The notes under the pieces: model-generated
Seen by the model: only the letters and a program-made list of their open reading frames with translations
Told to the model about the DNA's origin: nothing
Database searches by the model: none
Shown: positions 8,364 to 16,622 of the stretch, piece by piece
Position numbering within the stretch: position 1 is the first letter of the stretch
Layout of the letters: each line of letters opens with the position of its first letter
UHGV virus genome: UHGV-0162601
Strand: one strand, 5' to 3'
From: a virus
DNA length: 37,895 nucleotides
Made by a program: the position numbers and the translations under genes

Positions 8364-8386
8364 GTCGGAGCGATCCGGCTTTTTTA
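8364..8386 (+). terminator. hairpin gtcgga-gcga-tccggc + T7 (rightward-facing intrinsic terminator between two leftward genes)
   Basis: GNRA-type loop with the T-run on the plus strand only. Confidence 0.4.
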
Positions 8387-8695
8387 TTTGTCATTGATTA
8401 GTTCCATATCCACCAATCTAGCCACCGCTAAATTCTCTTTGCTTTTCGCTAACCACTTATCACATTCCATCGTGTTTTCAATACGAATGATTGCTGAGTG
8501 ATTATAGAGATGCTCTACATATCCACGAAATGGATAGATGAACTCTTCTGCTTCACAGCGAACCATGTCACCGACTTTGAATTTTGATTTCTTGCGTGTT
8601 TTAGGATTCTTTGTCTGCATATCTAGTATTAAACCGCCGATACCATGACTACTAGCGTAAAATCCGTCTTTTAGTTTCATCTCATTTCCTCCCAT
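8384..8695 (-). CDS. hypothetical protein (YorP-like small phage protein?)
   Basis: ORF. Start probably at MKLKDG. Confidence 0.5.
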   Translation of the reverse strand: MGGNEMKLKDGFYASSHGIGGLILDMQTKNPKTRKKSKFKVGDMVRCEAEEFIYPFRGYVEHLYNHSAIIRIENTMECDKWLAKSKENLAVARLVDMELINDK

Positions 8696-8886
8696 TTACG
8701 ATCATCATTTAATATCGAAATCCCAAACTTACGAATAGCCTTACTTGCAACAGCAACACACTGACTTGCTACTTTATATGCTTCTTCTGCAGAAACACCA
8801 TACTCCCGTTCGAACTTTACTTTCGCTACATTCAGTTCCTGTTTTCTTAGTTTTGTTATTCTGCGATGTCTGTTGTTCATTGTCAA
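8677..8886 (-). CDS. hypothetical protein
   Basis: ORF in an operon context. Confidence 0.45.
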   Translation of the reverse strand: MTMNNRHRRITKLRKQELNVAKVKFEREYGVSAEEAYKVASQCVAVASKAIRKFGISILNDDRKWEEMR

Positions 8887-9132
8887 TCAACTCCCTAATC
8901 TGAAAGTGTTGTCTATACTTGATCGAAATTCTTTTAAGTGGTTCTCTACCACAGAATCAGTCACGTTAAAACGATCAATTAATACTGGAGCTGCCATATC
9001 TTTCAAATAACTTTGTCTGATGACTAATTCAGTACCATCAGGAAGTTCTATGTTAACCTCCCGACCGTTAATAATTGACTGGACGTCTGCTTCGCTTAGT
9101 GGTATTTCGTATTTCATTCCGCTTCCTCCCAT
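8887..9132 (-). CDS. hypothetical protein
   Basis: ORF in an operon context. Confidence 0.45.
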   Translation of the reverse strand: MGGSGMKYEIPLSEADVQSIINGREVNIELPDGTELVIRQSYLKDMAAPVLIDRFNVTDSVVENHLKEFRSSIDNTFRLGS

Positions 9133-9320
9133 GATTCAATGATTTCAATAAATAATTGGTTATCTAACGCCATTACAAGCGTGACATCGTAAAACCAGTA
9201 TTTCAAAGGTAAGTTCTGTGAGATATCCATTACTTTTCCTGTAAAAATGTTCTTGTTTTGGTAACGAATAATCACCGTTTCAACGTCGTTCAATACGGCT
9301 AACAGTGCTCCTAAGGTCAT
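9114..9320 (-). CDS. hypothetical protein
   Basis: ORF in an operon context. Confidence 0.45.
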   Translation of the reverse strand: MTLGALLAVLNDVETVIIRYQNKNIFTGKVMDISQNLPLKYWFYDVTLVMALDNQLFIEIIESWEEAE

Positions 9321-9375
9321 GACTCGTCCTCCTATTCTTCTAGTAATTCAATAATTACTGGTTTCTTTCTATATT

Positions 9376-9942
9376 TCATCCTTCTGCCACCTCTTCCACT
9401 GCTCCACCAATCGTTTGAGCAGTTCGATCAGCATCTGATTTCGAATCGAATATCTTAATCTCTTTATTGTCGTCAGGAATAATCAACGCGCCTCTTCCTT
9501 GATACTCAACGAAATAGCCTTCGCCTAGTTTAACTCTGTACATAGGCTCTTTCTCGACCTCGTAGCCGTTGTATAGGCTCAATAGTGTTTCGTATGATTG
9601 TCTTGTTGCCCAAGCGAGTAATTCTTCACCTTGTTCTTGCGTCACTATGCCATCTCGTACAAACCAATCACAGAAATAATATGAATCACCATCTTTAGAT
9701 TTGATTAAATACGCTATTTTTTCAGCTTTTGTAAAAGGGTCCGTAGATTTCTCAATCCAACCGGCCACGAGTTGTGGAATAACTAGCTTCTTCGGTTCGT
9801 CTAGTTGTTTTGCTAAGCCAATCAGATTGAAATACGCGTCTGTTTTTCCTCGCCAGTAGTCCTCATGTTTATCTATCCCAATGCAGCGTTTGGAATATTT
9901 ATTAAGCTTTTCTAATGTCTCAATCAATTCTTGTTTATTCAT
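9376..9942 (-). CDS. hypothetical phage protein (DUF1642-like?)
   Basis: 188 aa ORF. Family assignment is from memory only. Confidence 0.5.
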   Translation of the reverse strand: MNKQELIETLEKLNKYSKRCIGIDKHEDYWRGKTDAYFNLIGLAKQLDEPKKLVIPQLVAGWIEKSTDPFTKAEKIAYLIKSKDGDSYYFCDWFVRDGIVTQEQGEELLAWATRQSYETLLSLYNGYEVEKEPMYRVKLGEGYFVEYQGRGALIIPDDNKEIKIFDSKSDADRTAQTIGGAVEEVAEG

Positions 9943-10250
9943 TTGCTGTCCTCCAAATCACTCGACTTCACGAATACACCATCTACCATTTTCCCTGTGC
10001 GTCCTTTGATTTCGTTATACGCCATTTCTAAACACTCTTGTATGTTTGCCCCTTTTTGCATGGAAAGAATAATCAGCGTGACGATAACGTCTCCTACGCT
10101 ATCTTTAAATAGCTCATCATTACTTCTTGCCATTGCTGAAGCGATTTCCCCGAATTCCTCGGCTACTTTCAAAAATTGTGCTTTTGGATCTGCCTGGTTC
10201 AATCCCTTATCTTTAGCCCACTGCTCTACTTTTGTGATTAGTTCGTCCAT
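9939..10250 (-). CDS. MazG-like nucleotide pyrophosphohydrolase
   Basis: About 100 aa with an all-alpha EEFGE motif (VAEEFGEIASAMAR), typical of phage MazG-like proteins. Confidence 0.55.
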   Translation of the reverse strand: MDELITKVEQWAKDKGLNQADPKAQFLKVAEEFGEIASAMARSNDELFKDSVGDVIVTLIILSMQKGANIQECLEMAYNEIKGRTGKMVDGVFVKSSDLEDSK

Positions 10251-10555
10251 TTTTTCTCCTCCACATACCTAAATTGTCGTCCTTTTGAATCAATCCATAA
10301 GCTCCTAGCTCTATCCCAGATGATGTTTTTGCTCAGACCAGTAATTTCAGATAACTGTTCAGCAGTACCTGTTACTAGAATTCGGTCACCATGCCAGATT
10401 GCAATCTTTCTCGGCGTTCTCCGTTTGGTTTTTTCAGCCCACATTGACTTACCGAGCTTTTGGACTTCTGCAACTATTTCTTTGTCTTCTTGCCAAGATT
10501 CTGACTTGGTTAATTCAGCAATTCGTTTCATTGCTGCTTTCTTATCCACGCTCAT
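10238..10555 (-). CDS. hypothetical protein, paralogue A (KIAIWHGDRILVTGTAEQL motif)
   Basis: About 55-60% aa identity by eye to 10710..11012 over the full length. Confidence 0.6.
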   Translation of the reverse strand: MSVDKKAAMKRIAELTKSESWQEDKEIVAEVQKLGKSMWAEKTKRRTPRKIAIWHGDRILVTGTAEQLSEITGLSKNIIWDRARSLWIDSKGRQFRYVEEKKWTN

Positions 10556-10713
10556 TCCTCCAATCTACGAATTTCCCTTCTTAAGTTCTCTGTGTGCAAA
10601 TCGATTGCCTTTCTCGCCGTTTCATTGACCATCACTGCCTTTGTCTGCTCCAGATCGTCAATCTCACGTTGAAGGCTTCGAATACGCATTTGAATCACTT
10701 CTTCTGTTGTCAT
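10552..10713 (-). CDS. 53-aa predicted coiled-coil protein MTTEEVIQMRIRSLQREIDDLEQTKAVMVNETARKAIDLHTENLRREIRRLEE
   Basis: RBS GGAGGAAT before the ATG at 10713. The stop overlaps the ATG of 10238..10555 (ATGA). Confidence 0.4.
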   Translation of the reverse strand: MTTEEVIQMRIRSLQREIDDLEQTKAVMVNETARKAIDLHTENLRREIRRLEE

Positions 10714-11012
10714 GATGATTCCTCCACGTATCTAAACGTTCTCTTCTTAACGTCTGTGTATCCACACCTAGCTCTTTTTCTCACAATTTTCTCGTGCAAG
10801 CCTGTGAGACTTGCTAACTGTTCAGCTGTTCCTGTCACTAGAAGTTTGTCACCGTGCCAAATTGCGATTTTTCGTGGTCTTGGCTTGTTACTCTTGTCTG
10901 CCCACATCGCTCTTCCAAGCCTCATTACTTCTGATGCAGCTTCTTTGTCATTTTGCCAATCTTCTGAATAAGTCAATTCGATAATTCGCTGCAATGCCGC
11001 TTTCTTATCCAT
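10710..11012 (-). CDS. hypothetical protein, paralogue B of 10238..10555
   Basis: Shared motifs: KAA(L/M)(Q/K)RI(I/A)ELT.SE.WQ.DKE, PRKIAIWHGD.(L/I)LVTGTAEQL, and a C-terminal RYVEE. Confidence 0.6.
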   Translation of the reverse strand: MDKKAALQRIIELTYSEDWQNDKEAASEVMRLGRAMWADKSNKPRPRKIAIWHGDKLLVTGTAEQLASLTGLHEKIVRKRARCGYTDVKKRTFRYVEESS

Positions 11013-11169
11013 CCCGACATTCTCCTTTCAATAATTTAAGTACTTGATCAAGTGCGCTCTCGCGTCCGCCGTAAAACGTGTTGAGCCACTTGTCTTCATA
11101 CGAGGCGCTTTGCCTTAAAGCTTCTTGATGCATTAGTTCGATCTGTGCTGTAAATGTTTTTAGATCCAT
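11005..11169 (-). CDS. hypothetical protein (start probably MDLKTFTAQ...)
   Basis: ORF with GGTG 5 nt upstream of the ATG. Confidence 0.4.
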   Translation of the reverse strand: MDLKTFTAQIELMHQEALRQSASYEDKWLNTFYGGRESALDQVLKLLKGECRDG

Positions 11170-11173
11170 CTGA

Positions 11174-11443
11174 TTACACCTTCTCAAGTTCATTAAGATG
11201 TTTTTGCAATCCTTTAATGCAATCAACAAATAGTAATTTTGTATAAGCTAAATTTCTTAATTGTGTTGCATCGATATAAAGTGCGAAATAGTATCTGAGC
11301 TTACTCCAACTCGAACGATCATTCTTAATTCCTTCGATTCCAGCTTCTTCGAGTTGATCATATACGTCTCTCAGGATTTCTATTTCTTCACCAGTTTTAT
11401 ACTTTGCTATTTCATTAATTAGTTCTAGATAATCGATTTTCAA
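11174..11443 (-). CDS. hypothetical protein
   Basis: 89 aa ORF downstream of the replisome organizer. Confidence 0.45.
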   Translation of the reverse strand: MKIDYLELINEIAKYKTGEEIEILRDVYDQLEEAGIEGIKNDRSSWSKLRYYFALYIDATQLRNLAYTKLLFVDCIKGLQKHLNELEKV

Positions 11444-11454
11444 TTTTCCACCTC

Positions 11455-12201
11455 TTAGAATGGTGCTTTTGATTGTCTATTAGCTCGTTCTAGCGCTTTT
11501 TTCTTGAGATAGGCTTCTTGGTCGATTGCCCATTCAGGAAGCTTCTCTCGTCTTCCTGTGCGCTTGTATCCACTGCTTGCGTTCTTAGGTTCACTTTTTT
11601 CTTTCCTTGCCCAACTTCGAATAGTTGCCAAATAGTTTTTATAAGTCTTACCAGATGATTCACAATACTCTGACAGTCGTTCGATTCGCTCTTGGTAATC
11701 ATTAGGGAATTCTGTTTTGAGTTTCTCCATCTGCTCATCTGACAAAAGAACATTTTTATACTCTCCGTATTTATGACTGATGGGCTTAGCCTTCGATTTT
11801 TTCGAAGGCGGTAACTCTCTTATATATTCTTTTGTATTATTAAATGTATTATTAATAGATGTATTATTATCTTGATAGATTTCTTGGTGACCCCTCACCA
11901 AATTTTCTTGGTGACCCCCACCAAGAATTCTTATATACCTAGCCTCGATTTCTTTACTACCCTCTTTGTACTTAACTTCTCTATAGATATAGCCCTTTTC
12001 TTCAAGTGACTTTAGCCAATTCTGAATGGTTGGTTTGCTTACTTTATATTGATTGGCAAAGTACTCATTGCTAGCCCAGCAATAACCTTTCTCATTACAT
12101 AGAGCTGTGATTTCTCCATAAAGAAGTTTTGCACTAGGTATCAAAGAATCGTCATATCTAACATTTGCAGGTATGATGGCGTAATAACTTCTGTGATCCA
12201 C
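11455..12201 (-). CDS. DnaD-like / phage replisome organizer protein
   Basis: N-terminal replisome-organizer HTH-like region (YYAIIPANVRYD...LLYGEITALCNEKGYCWASNEYFA). Carries internal iterons like phage initiator genes. Confidence 0.7.
   Translation of the reverse strand: MDHRSYYAIIPANVRYDDSLIPSAKLLYGEITALCNEKGYCWASNEYFANQYKVSKPTIQNWLKSLEEKGYIYREVKYKEGSKEIEARYIRILGGGHQENLVRGHQEIYQDNNTSINNTFNNTKEYIRELPPSKKSKAKPISHKYGEYKNVLLSDEQMEKLKTEFPNDYQERIERLSEYCESSGKTYKNYLATIRSWARKEKSEPKNASSGYKRTGRREKLPEWAIDQEAYLKKKALERANRQSKAPF
11833..11926. other. putative origin of replication inside the DnaD-like gene: 3 x TGTATTATTA iterons + 2 x 21-bp direct repeats, each an internal palindrome (ttggtga-cccc-tcaccaa)
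   Basis: Iterons at 11833, 11845 and 11860. Palindromic repeats at 11881-11901 and 11906-11926. Confidence 0.5.
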
Positions 12202-12204
12202 TTT

Positions 12205-12891
12205 TTATCCTCCGATTCTTAATTTCTTGATTGTCTCCTGATTTAACTTGATCCCTTTGATTTGATACTTATTTTTGAAATTGATCACACCTATCTTGTG
12301 CTTCTCTGTGTGATGGATTCTGCAGAGTGCTGCAAATGTGTACTCTGAATGATCAACTTCTTTGCGCTTTCGTCTTCCTAGCGCTTTGTCAAAGTGATCG
12401 ATGTCAGCTCCTGTTTTGCCACAGATGCAGCAGACTCTTTTTGTGATGCATTTGTAGAAGTAATATTCTTGATTCGCTGGTAAAATCTCATAGCCTTCTT
12501 TGAAAGGAATATGATGTTCAAAGATGAAATCTAAGATGATATTTGCTAAGACGTTAGCATCACTCACAGTCGTATTCGATTCATCTTTGAGGCTTATTTT
12601 GCGCCCTGTGACACCTTCAAAGCGGAAGTAAAAGAATTCCTTCCAGAAGTCCGTTGGCATGCCTGTATCGATGAAAATATCGCCTATGAGTGCATAGATG
12701 AAGTTTCGTTGCTGTACAGTGAACCGACGTGGATCAATAAAACGAATTTCAATGACTCGATCGCCATCATATCCGTCGTACATCGTCTTCAAACGTTCGA
12801 TGTTCACTTCTTCATTAATAGTTGCACCTATGTCTTTTCCTTTGAACTTTTTCAGAACCGCTGAATATGAATCGATTAATGGTTTAAACAC
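12205..12891 (-). CDS. phage protein with C-terminal HNH-like / zinc-ribbon nuclease motif
   Basis: CCICGKTGADIDHF...CRIHHTEKH. Confidence 0.35.
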   Translation of the reverse strand: MFKPLIDSYSAVLKKFKGKDIGATINEEVNIERLKTMYDGYDGDRVIEIRFIDPRRFTVQQRNFIYALIGDIFIDTGMPTDFWKEFFYFRFEGVTGRKISLKDESNTTVSDANVLANIILDFIFEHHIPFKEGYEILPANQEYYFYKCITKRVCCICGKTGADIDHFDKALGRRKRKEVDHSEYTFAALCRIHHTEKHKIGVINFKNKYQIKGIKLNQETIKKLRIGG

Positions 12892-12896
12892 TCATA

Positions 12897-13571
12897 TCAC
12901 TTCTTATCTAATTCTTTTCTCTTAGCTGCTATTGCTCGCTCCATCAAGGCACATTGCTCATAGCTTAACTGTTCAATAGTTTCAACGTTGTCAGCTAAGA
13001 GCCCTAATTTATCTGTCTGCTCATTAACATATTCGATTAAGGTTTTGGTCATATCTTTACCCATCTGCTCATTGAAAGCTTCTAGAATCGTCTCTAGCAT
13101 GCTTAATTTCTTTGTATCGATTCTAGGTGGTGTTGGAATATCTTCCCCTTGAAATACATATAATCCCAGTCCGTGTAGAGCCAATGCTTTCACAAAGCAT
13201 CGCTTCAATGAGTTATTGATTTGCATAGCATTTGGTTTAACAACTGGTTGGTTTCGATAATCTAAAACAGGAAATAACTCTGTTTCCGTATGTCCTTTAA
13301 CCGTTACTGAGACAGATACATAAGTCCCTGTTTCATCCATAAGAAAAGGTTTGTATTCCTCAACAAGAAAGTCTTGATGAGTTCCAGAAACAACTCTGTA
13401 GTGTTTGTACTCATTAATAGTTACCGTTGCCTGTGGATCATTCTTTTTCATAATCTCCCATGCGTGAGCCCAAGATAAATAATCAAAATTTCCTTTTTTC
13501 TTGAGAATTTTATTTAACTTGCGACTAAAAAGTTTTTCAAAAGTCGATGTCCCTTTGCTTTCACTCATCAA
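12897..13571 (-). CDS. putative Rad52-like single-strand annealing protein (Sak/DUF1071-like)
   Basis: Position in the recombination/replication module and size. Start probably MSESKG after GGAGG. Weak pattern recognition only. Confidence 0.35.
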   Translation of the reverse strand: MMSESKGTSTFEKLFSRKLNKILKKKGNFDYLSWAHAWEIMKKNDPQATVTINEYKHYRVVSGTHQDFLVEEYKPFLMDETGTYVSVSVTVKGHTETELFPVLDYRNQPVVKPNAMQINNSLKRCFVKALALHGLGLYVFQGEDIPTPPRIDTKKLSMLETILEAFNEQMGKDMTKTLIEYVNEQTDKLGLLADNVETIEQLSYEQCALMERAIAAKRKELDKK

Positions 13572-13902
13572 ATTCTGCCTCCATTTCAGCAATGTATTTC
13601 TTACCTGATCCGTAATAAGAGATATCAATCAAGTTATCTCTGTCGTACTCTTCTAATGCATCAGTCAAGCCATCTTCGATGACGTAAATATATTCAGGTT
13701 TGTTTGAATGTTTTGATAGATGTATAAGGTAAACATGATCCCAAATACTCACAAAATTTCCCAAGTCATCTTGATCACATGATAGTTCTTCATTCGTCAA
13801 AAGATTACGTCTGATTTTTCGATTGCTTGTTTCCTTGATATTCGATTTACCCCAACTAGGATCAGTCAAATATTGATCTAGAGTGGAAAGTTCTTTTTCC
13901 AT
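13561..13902 (-). CDS. hypothetical protein
   Basis: 113 aa ORF with an RBS. Confidence 0.5.
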   Translation of the reverse strand: MEKELSTLDQYLTDPSWGKSNIKETSNRKIRRNLLTNEELSCDQDDLGNFVSIWDHVYLIHLSKHSNKPEYIYVIEDGLTDALEEYDRDNLIDISYYGSGKKYIAEMEAEFDE

Positions 13903-13934
13903 ATGCTAAAATCTCCTTATGATGTGTTTTCTTT

Positions 13935-13968
13935 GTGACTCTATGCTTGCCGGCTGAGTCACTTTTTT
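13935..13968 (+). terminator. hairpin gtgactc ... gagtcac + T6 (rightward-facing)
   Basis: 7-bp stem, 14-nt loop, tttttt. Confidence 0.4.
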
Positions 13969-14079
13969 ATTTGTTGCCAAGCTTTTTGCTTATCAATATG
14001 TTGTTGGCTTAGGATGCTTGGTTTATTGTGTCTCCACCAGCGATTAGCAATTATTACGCCTGTTTTTAGCGCTTCAGCT

Positions 14080-14787
14080 CTATTCATTTTTATCACCGAA
14101 AAGTCTTTGTTGTCTGTTCAGTTGATCGATTTCCATGCGGATCGCAGTTTCTGGTAACCACATTTCAATAAATGAAACAGCATCATCGAATCTCTTACGA
14201 GGTAACTCGCCATATCTTGGGATTGAAAAGGTACGTTTAAATTCAGACCAAAATTTTGAGAATACTTTTTTGCTGATTTCTTCATAAGCTCGGCTTTCTT
14301 TTCCCCCTAGAACTTCCATAACTTTCGTATTTCCTTTTTGCTTAATTTCAAACTCTTGTTGTCCGCTAATTCGCATAGTATCTTTAAGCATGGAAACATC
14401 TTTTTTAACATCTTTCATTTCTTCTAATTGATAGATCATCATGTCTTCAATTGTGTCAAAAGCTGTATTTTTGCGAATTGCCTTTTCCATTTCGTTGAAC
14501 GCTTCAATGTATTTCAATTTGAACTCTAAAACTTTTTGAGTATTGTTGAATCCTAATACAGCAAGAGTAAAGCCATCACGATTCATATAGACAATTCGAT
14601 AAGCCTGTTTGTTTTGCGGATGGATGTACACATCTTCCCAAAATAGGTCTGCATACTTTTGTGCAAGCCCATCTTTTAGATCGTCAATCGCCTTTAAAAC
14701 TGCTCTATGTTCCTTTCGGAATGTTTCTGCGACTTGTAAGCTCGTAGTCACAGCTTCTTTATTTTTCAAAATTACTAATTCTTGCAT
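14080..14787 (-). CDS. ant: phage antirepressor (Rha/ORF6N-type N-terminus, KilAC-like C-terminus)
   Basis: N-terminus MQELVILKNKEAVTTSLQVAETFRKEHRAVLKAIDDL is a typical antirepressor N-domain. RBS GGGAGAG. Confidence 0.7.
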   Translation of the reverse strand: MQELVILKNKEAVTTSLQVAETFRKEHRAVLKAIDDLKDGLAQKYADLFWEDVYIHPQNKQAYRIVYMNRDGFTLAVLGFNNTQKVLEFKLKYIEAFNEMEKAIRKNTAFDTIEDMMIYQLEEMKDVKKDVSMLKDTMRISGQQEFEIKQKGNTKVMEVLGGKESRAYEEISKKVFSKFWSEFKRTFSIPRYGELPRKRFDDAVSFIEMWLPETAIRMEIDQLNRQQRLFGDKNE

Positions 14788-14802
14788 TTTTTTCTCTCCC
14801 TT

Positions 14803-14811
14803 TTGGTATAA
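14803..14811 (+). promoter_or_regulatory. extended -10 element TGGTATAAT upstream of 14838..15620
   Basis: Perfect TGnTATAAT about 27 nt before the RBS AAAGGTGG. Confidence 0.45.
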
Positions 14812-14837
14812 TTTAGGTAAAAAGGTGGTGTATATAA

Positions 14838-15620
14838 TTGGATATTTCAGATACTCCTTATTATCAAAAATTGATAGCTTCTTCAAAATTAATCGGTGAA
14901 ACCATTGCTCCTTCTCTAGATGTCGTTAACGCTATGCAGCCTGCGATAGAACAAGCTAAAAAATTAATTGCAATTCAAGATACTTTTATAGCTTCGCAAG
15001 CAATACTCAATGATTCTCTCATTCAAATTGTCGAGAAACGTAACAAATCTATTGCTAATATGATTCCTCCTTCTTTGTTCGCAATACAGAAACAATTAGA
15101 ATCTCCAAGTTTTAATATTGCTAAAAAAATGGCAGCTACTATGCCAAAACCTTATTTTTCTGATATCTCTAAAATCACAGAAAAATTTGCCGTTGACATG
15201 TCTAAGTACGACTTCAGAATAGGGGTAGCTACCCAAGAATTAGAAAAAGCATTTTCTTCCGAACCGGAAGTTAGTACAAAAAATCTACTTTTTAAAGACA
15301 CTTCTAATCCATCTGATGAGTTTGAGGCTAAGTTTTTTGATATCCTTAATGAGCAAAGGAAAGTCCTTGATGATTCTATAAAGCTTTTTGAAGAAATAAA
15401 TACAGCCAAGAACAAAGATATAACTAATGAACCATCTGAAAAACAACAAGCTTCACCTGCTTTCTACAAAGATAAAATGTGGTATTTAGAGCAAACTGGG
15501 GCAGCTTTGATAGGACTAGTAGTAACCGAAATTGTAAATATAACTATTGGAGTAGATCCTAACAATACAATTTCATTAGCTTTATTTTTGCGTTATTTGT
15601 TACAATTTTTAATTAATTAG
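14838..15620 (+). CDS. hypothetical protein with C-terminal TM helix, opposite-strand moron in the early region
   Basis: 260 aa, TTG start after AAAGGTGG, own promoter and terminator. Confidence 0.55.
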   Translation: MDISDTPYYQKLIASSKLIGETIAPSLDVVNAMQPAIEQAKKLIAIQDTFIASQAILNDSLIQIVEKRNKSIANMIPPSLFAIQKQLESPSFNIAKKMAATMPKPYFSDISKITEKFAVDMSKYDFRIGVATQELEKAFSSEPEVSTKNLLFKDTSNPSDEFEAKFFDILNEQRKVLDDSIKLFEEINTAKNKDITNEPSEKQQASPAFYKDKMWYLEQTGAALIGLVVTEIVNITIGVDPNNTISLALFLRYLLQFLIN

Positions 15621-15623
15621 GTT

Positions 15624-15650
15624 AAGTCAGTCCCTCCCGACTGGCTTTTT
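15624..15650 (+). terminator. rho-independent terminator (aagtcagtc-cctccc-gactggctt, then T5)
   Basis: Stem plus T-run directly after the stop of 14838..15620. Confidence 0.55.
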
Positions 15651-15797
15651 CGCTCTATATTCAGCTTCATCAAGCCCCATAAAAATCCAAACCATGTAAA
15701 CGATCGTTCCTATCAACGCTTGTTTGCTTCCCCAAAGTCCTAAAGCGTAGATGATTAGCGGTGCGCTGAATACTAATGCTCTGTTGAATTTACCCAT
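15627..15797 (-). CDS. 56-aa small membrane protein MGKFNRALVFSAPLIIYALGLWGSKQALIGTIVYMVWIFMGLDEAEYRAKKPVGRD
   Basis: RBS AAGGAGG 7 nt before the ATG. Two hydrophobic segments. Last gene of the early leftward operon. Confidence 0.45.
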   Translation of the reverse strand: MGKFNRALVFSAPLIIYALGLWGSKQALIGTIVYMVWIFMGLDEAEYRAKKPVGRD

Positions 15798-15801
15798 CCG
15801 C

Positions 15802-16122
15802 TTACCTCCTTAATATTTCCGAAAAATTTGTTTCTAAAAATTCAAGTGTTTTACTTCTTAAAAATAGATATGTGTCTCTTCCTTCAACTGGATAATAGAC
15901 AAATCCATTTTTGTTTTTTTCGATATCGATAATATTTCTATATCTTGGGTTTTTTAAAACTCTAGAAGTAAACCAATCATATTTTCTGTTAATCCGTTCT
16001 AGCACTTCTGGTAACGTCATCCATCTACCAGTATCATCAGCTTTTTTTAACTCCTCGTAATCCACTTGGGAGATAATTACATAGCCTTCTGGAATTGGGA
16101 TTTTTGCTTCTAGATATTGCAT
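15802..16122 (-). CDS. hypothetical early protein (possible excisionase-like/DUF771-like)
   Basis: 106 aa, second gene of the cro operon. Confidence 0.45.
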   Translation of the reverse strand: MQYLEAKIPIPEGYVIISQVDYEELKKADDTGRWMTLPEVLERINRKYDWFTSRVLKNPRYRNIIDIEKNKNGFVYYPVEGRDTYLFLRSKTLEFLETNFSEILRR

Positions 16123-16134
16123 TAGCTGTTCCTC

Positions 16135-16320
16135 CTATTGAATACCTAATATTTTTTTTACAGTTTCTATGTGTTCTTGAGCTTTTTTTCCATCACGATT
16201 GCCGTTTAGAATATCTGATAAATAAGCTCCTGAAATACCAACAAGCGCAGCTAGTTCTTTGAAAGTCATTCTTCTTTTTCTCATCTCTGCCCGAATTTTT
16301 AAGTCTAAATTCTCAGACAT
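16135..16320 (-). CDS. cro: Cro-like HTH_XRE regulator
   Basis: 61 aa with an HTH (MTFKELAALVGISGAYLSDILNG). Divergent from the repressor. Confidence 0.75.
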   Translation of the reverse strand: MSENLDLKIRAEMRKRRMTFKELAALVGISGAYLSDILNGNRDGKKAQEHIETVKKILGIQ

Positions 16321-16344
16321 AAAAACAGCTCCTTTCTAAAAAAT

Positions 16345-16600
16345 GATTTGTAAGCTAAAAAATTAGCTAAATCATTGACACCTATTAGCTTTTAAGCTAT
16401 TATAAATACATAGTTAAATAAGCCTTATAAAAAGCCTCTAAAATAACATTTCTAAGTTTGGCGACCGAGAGAATGTTTTTAATTAATAGATATTTTTGTT
16501 GCTCTTATTTAGCTAACAATTTAGCTTACAAATTAAATATACTAGCTTAAAAGCTAATTGTCAACTAAAAATATAACTTTTAAGCTATTTATTTTCTTTT
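16345..16600. promoter_or_regulatory. genetic-switch region: 4 palindromic operators (AGCTAA-N4-TTAGCT at 16353 and 16511; TAGCTT-N2-AAGCTA at 16386 and 16543) and two face-to-face promoters with perfect TTGACA -35 boxes
   Basis: Plus promoter TTGACA 16375-80 / TATTAT 16398-403. Minus promoter TTGACA (complement of 16559-64) / TATATT (complement of 16536-41). Each spacer contains an operator. Confidence 0.55.
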
Positions 16601-16622
16601 CAGCTTTGAAAGGTTGATAATA

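Noticed and set aside
13959-14087. 42-aa minus-strand ORF (MNRAEALKTGVIIANRWWRH...) overlapping the antirepressor stop
   Set aside because: Has a plausible RBS but is short, overlaps a hairpin, and has no other support. Not listed as a feature.
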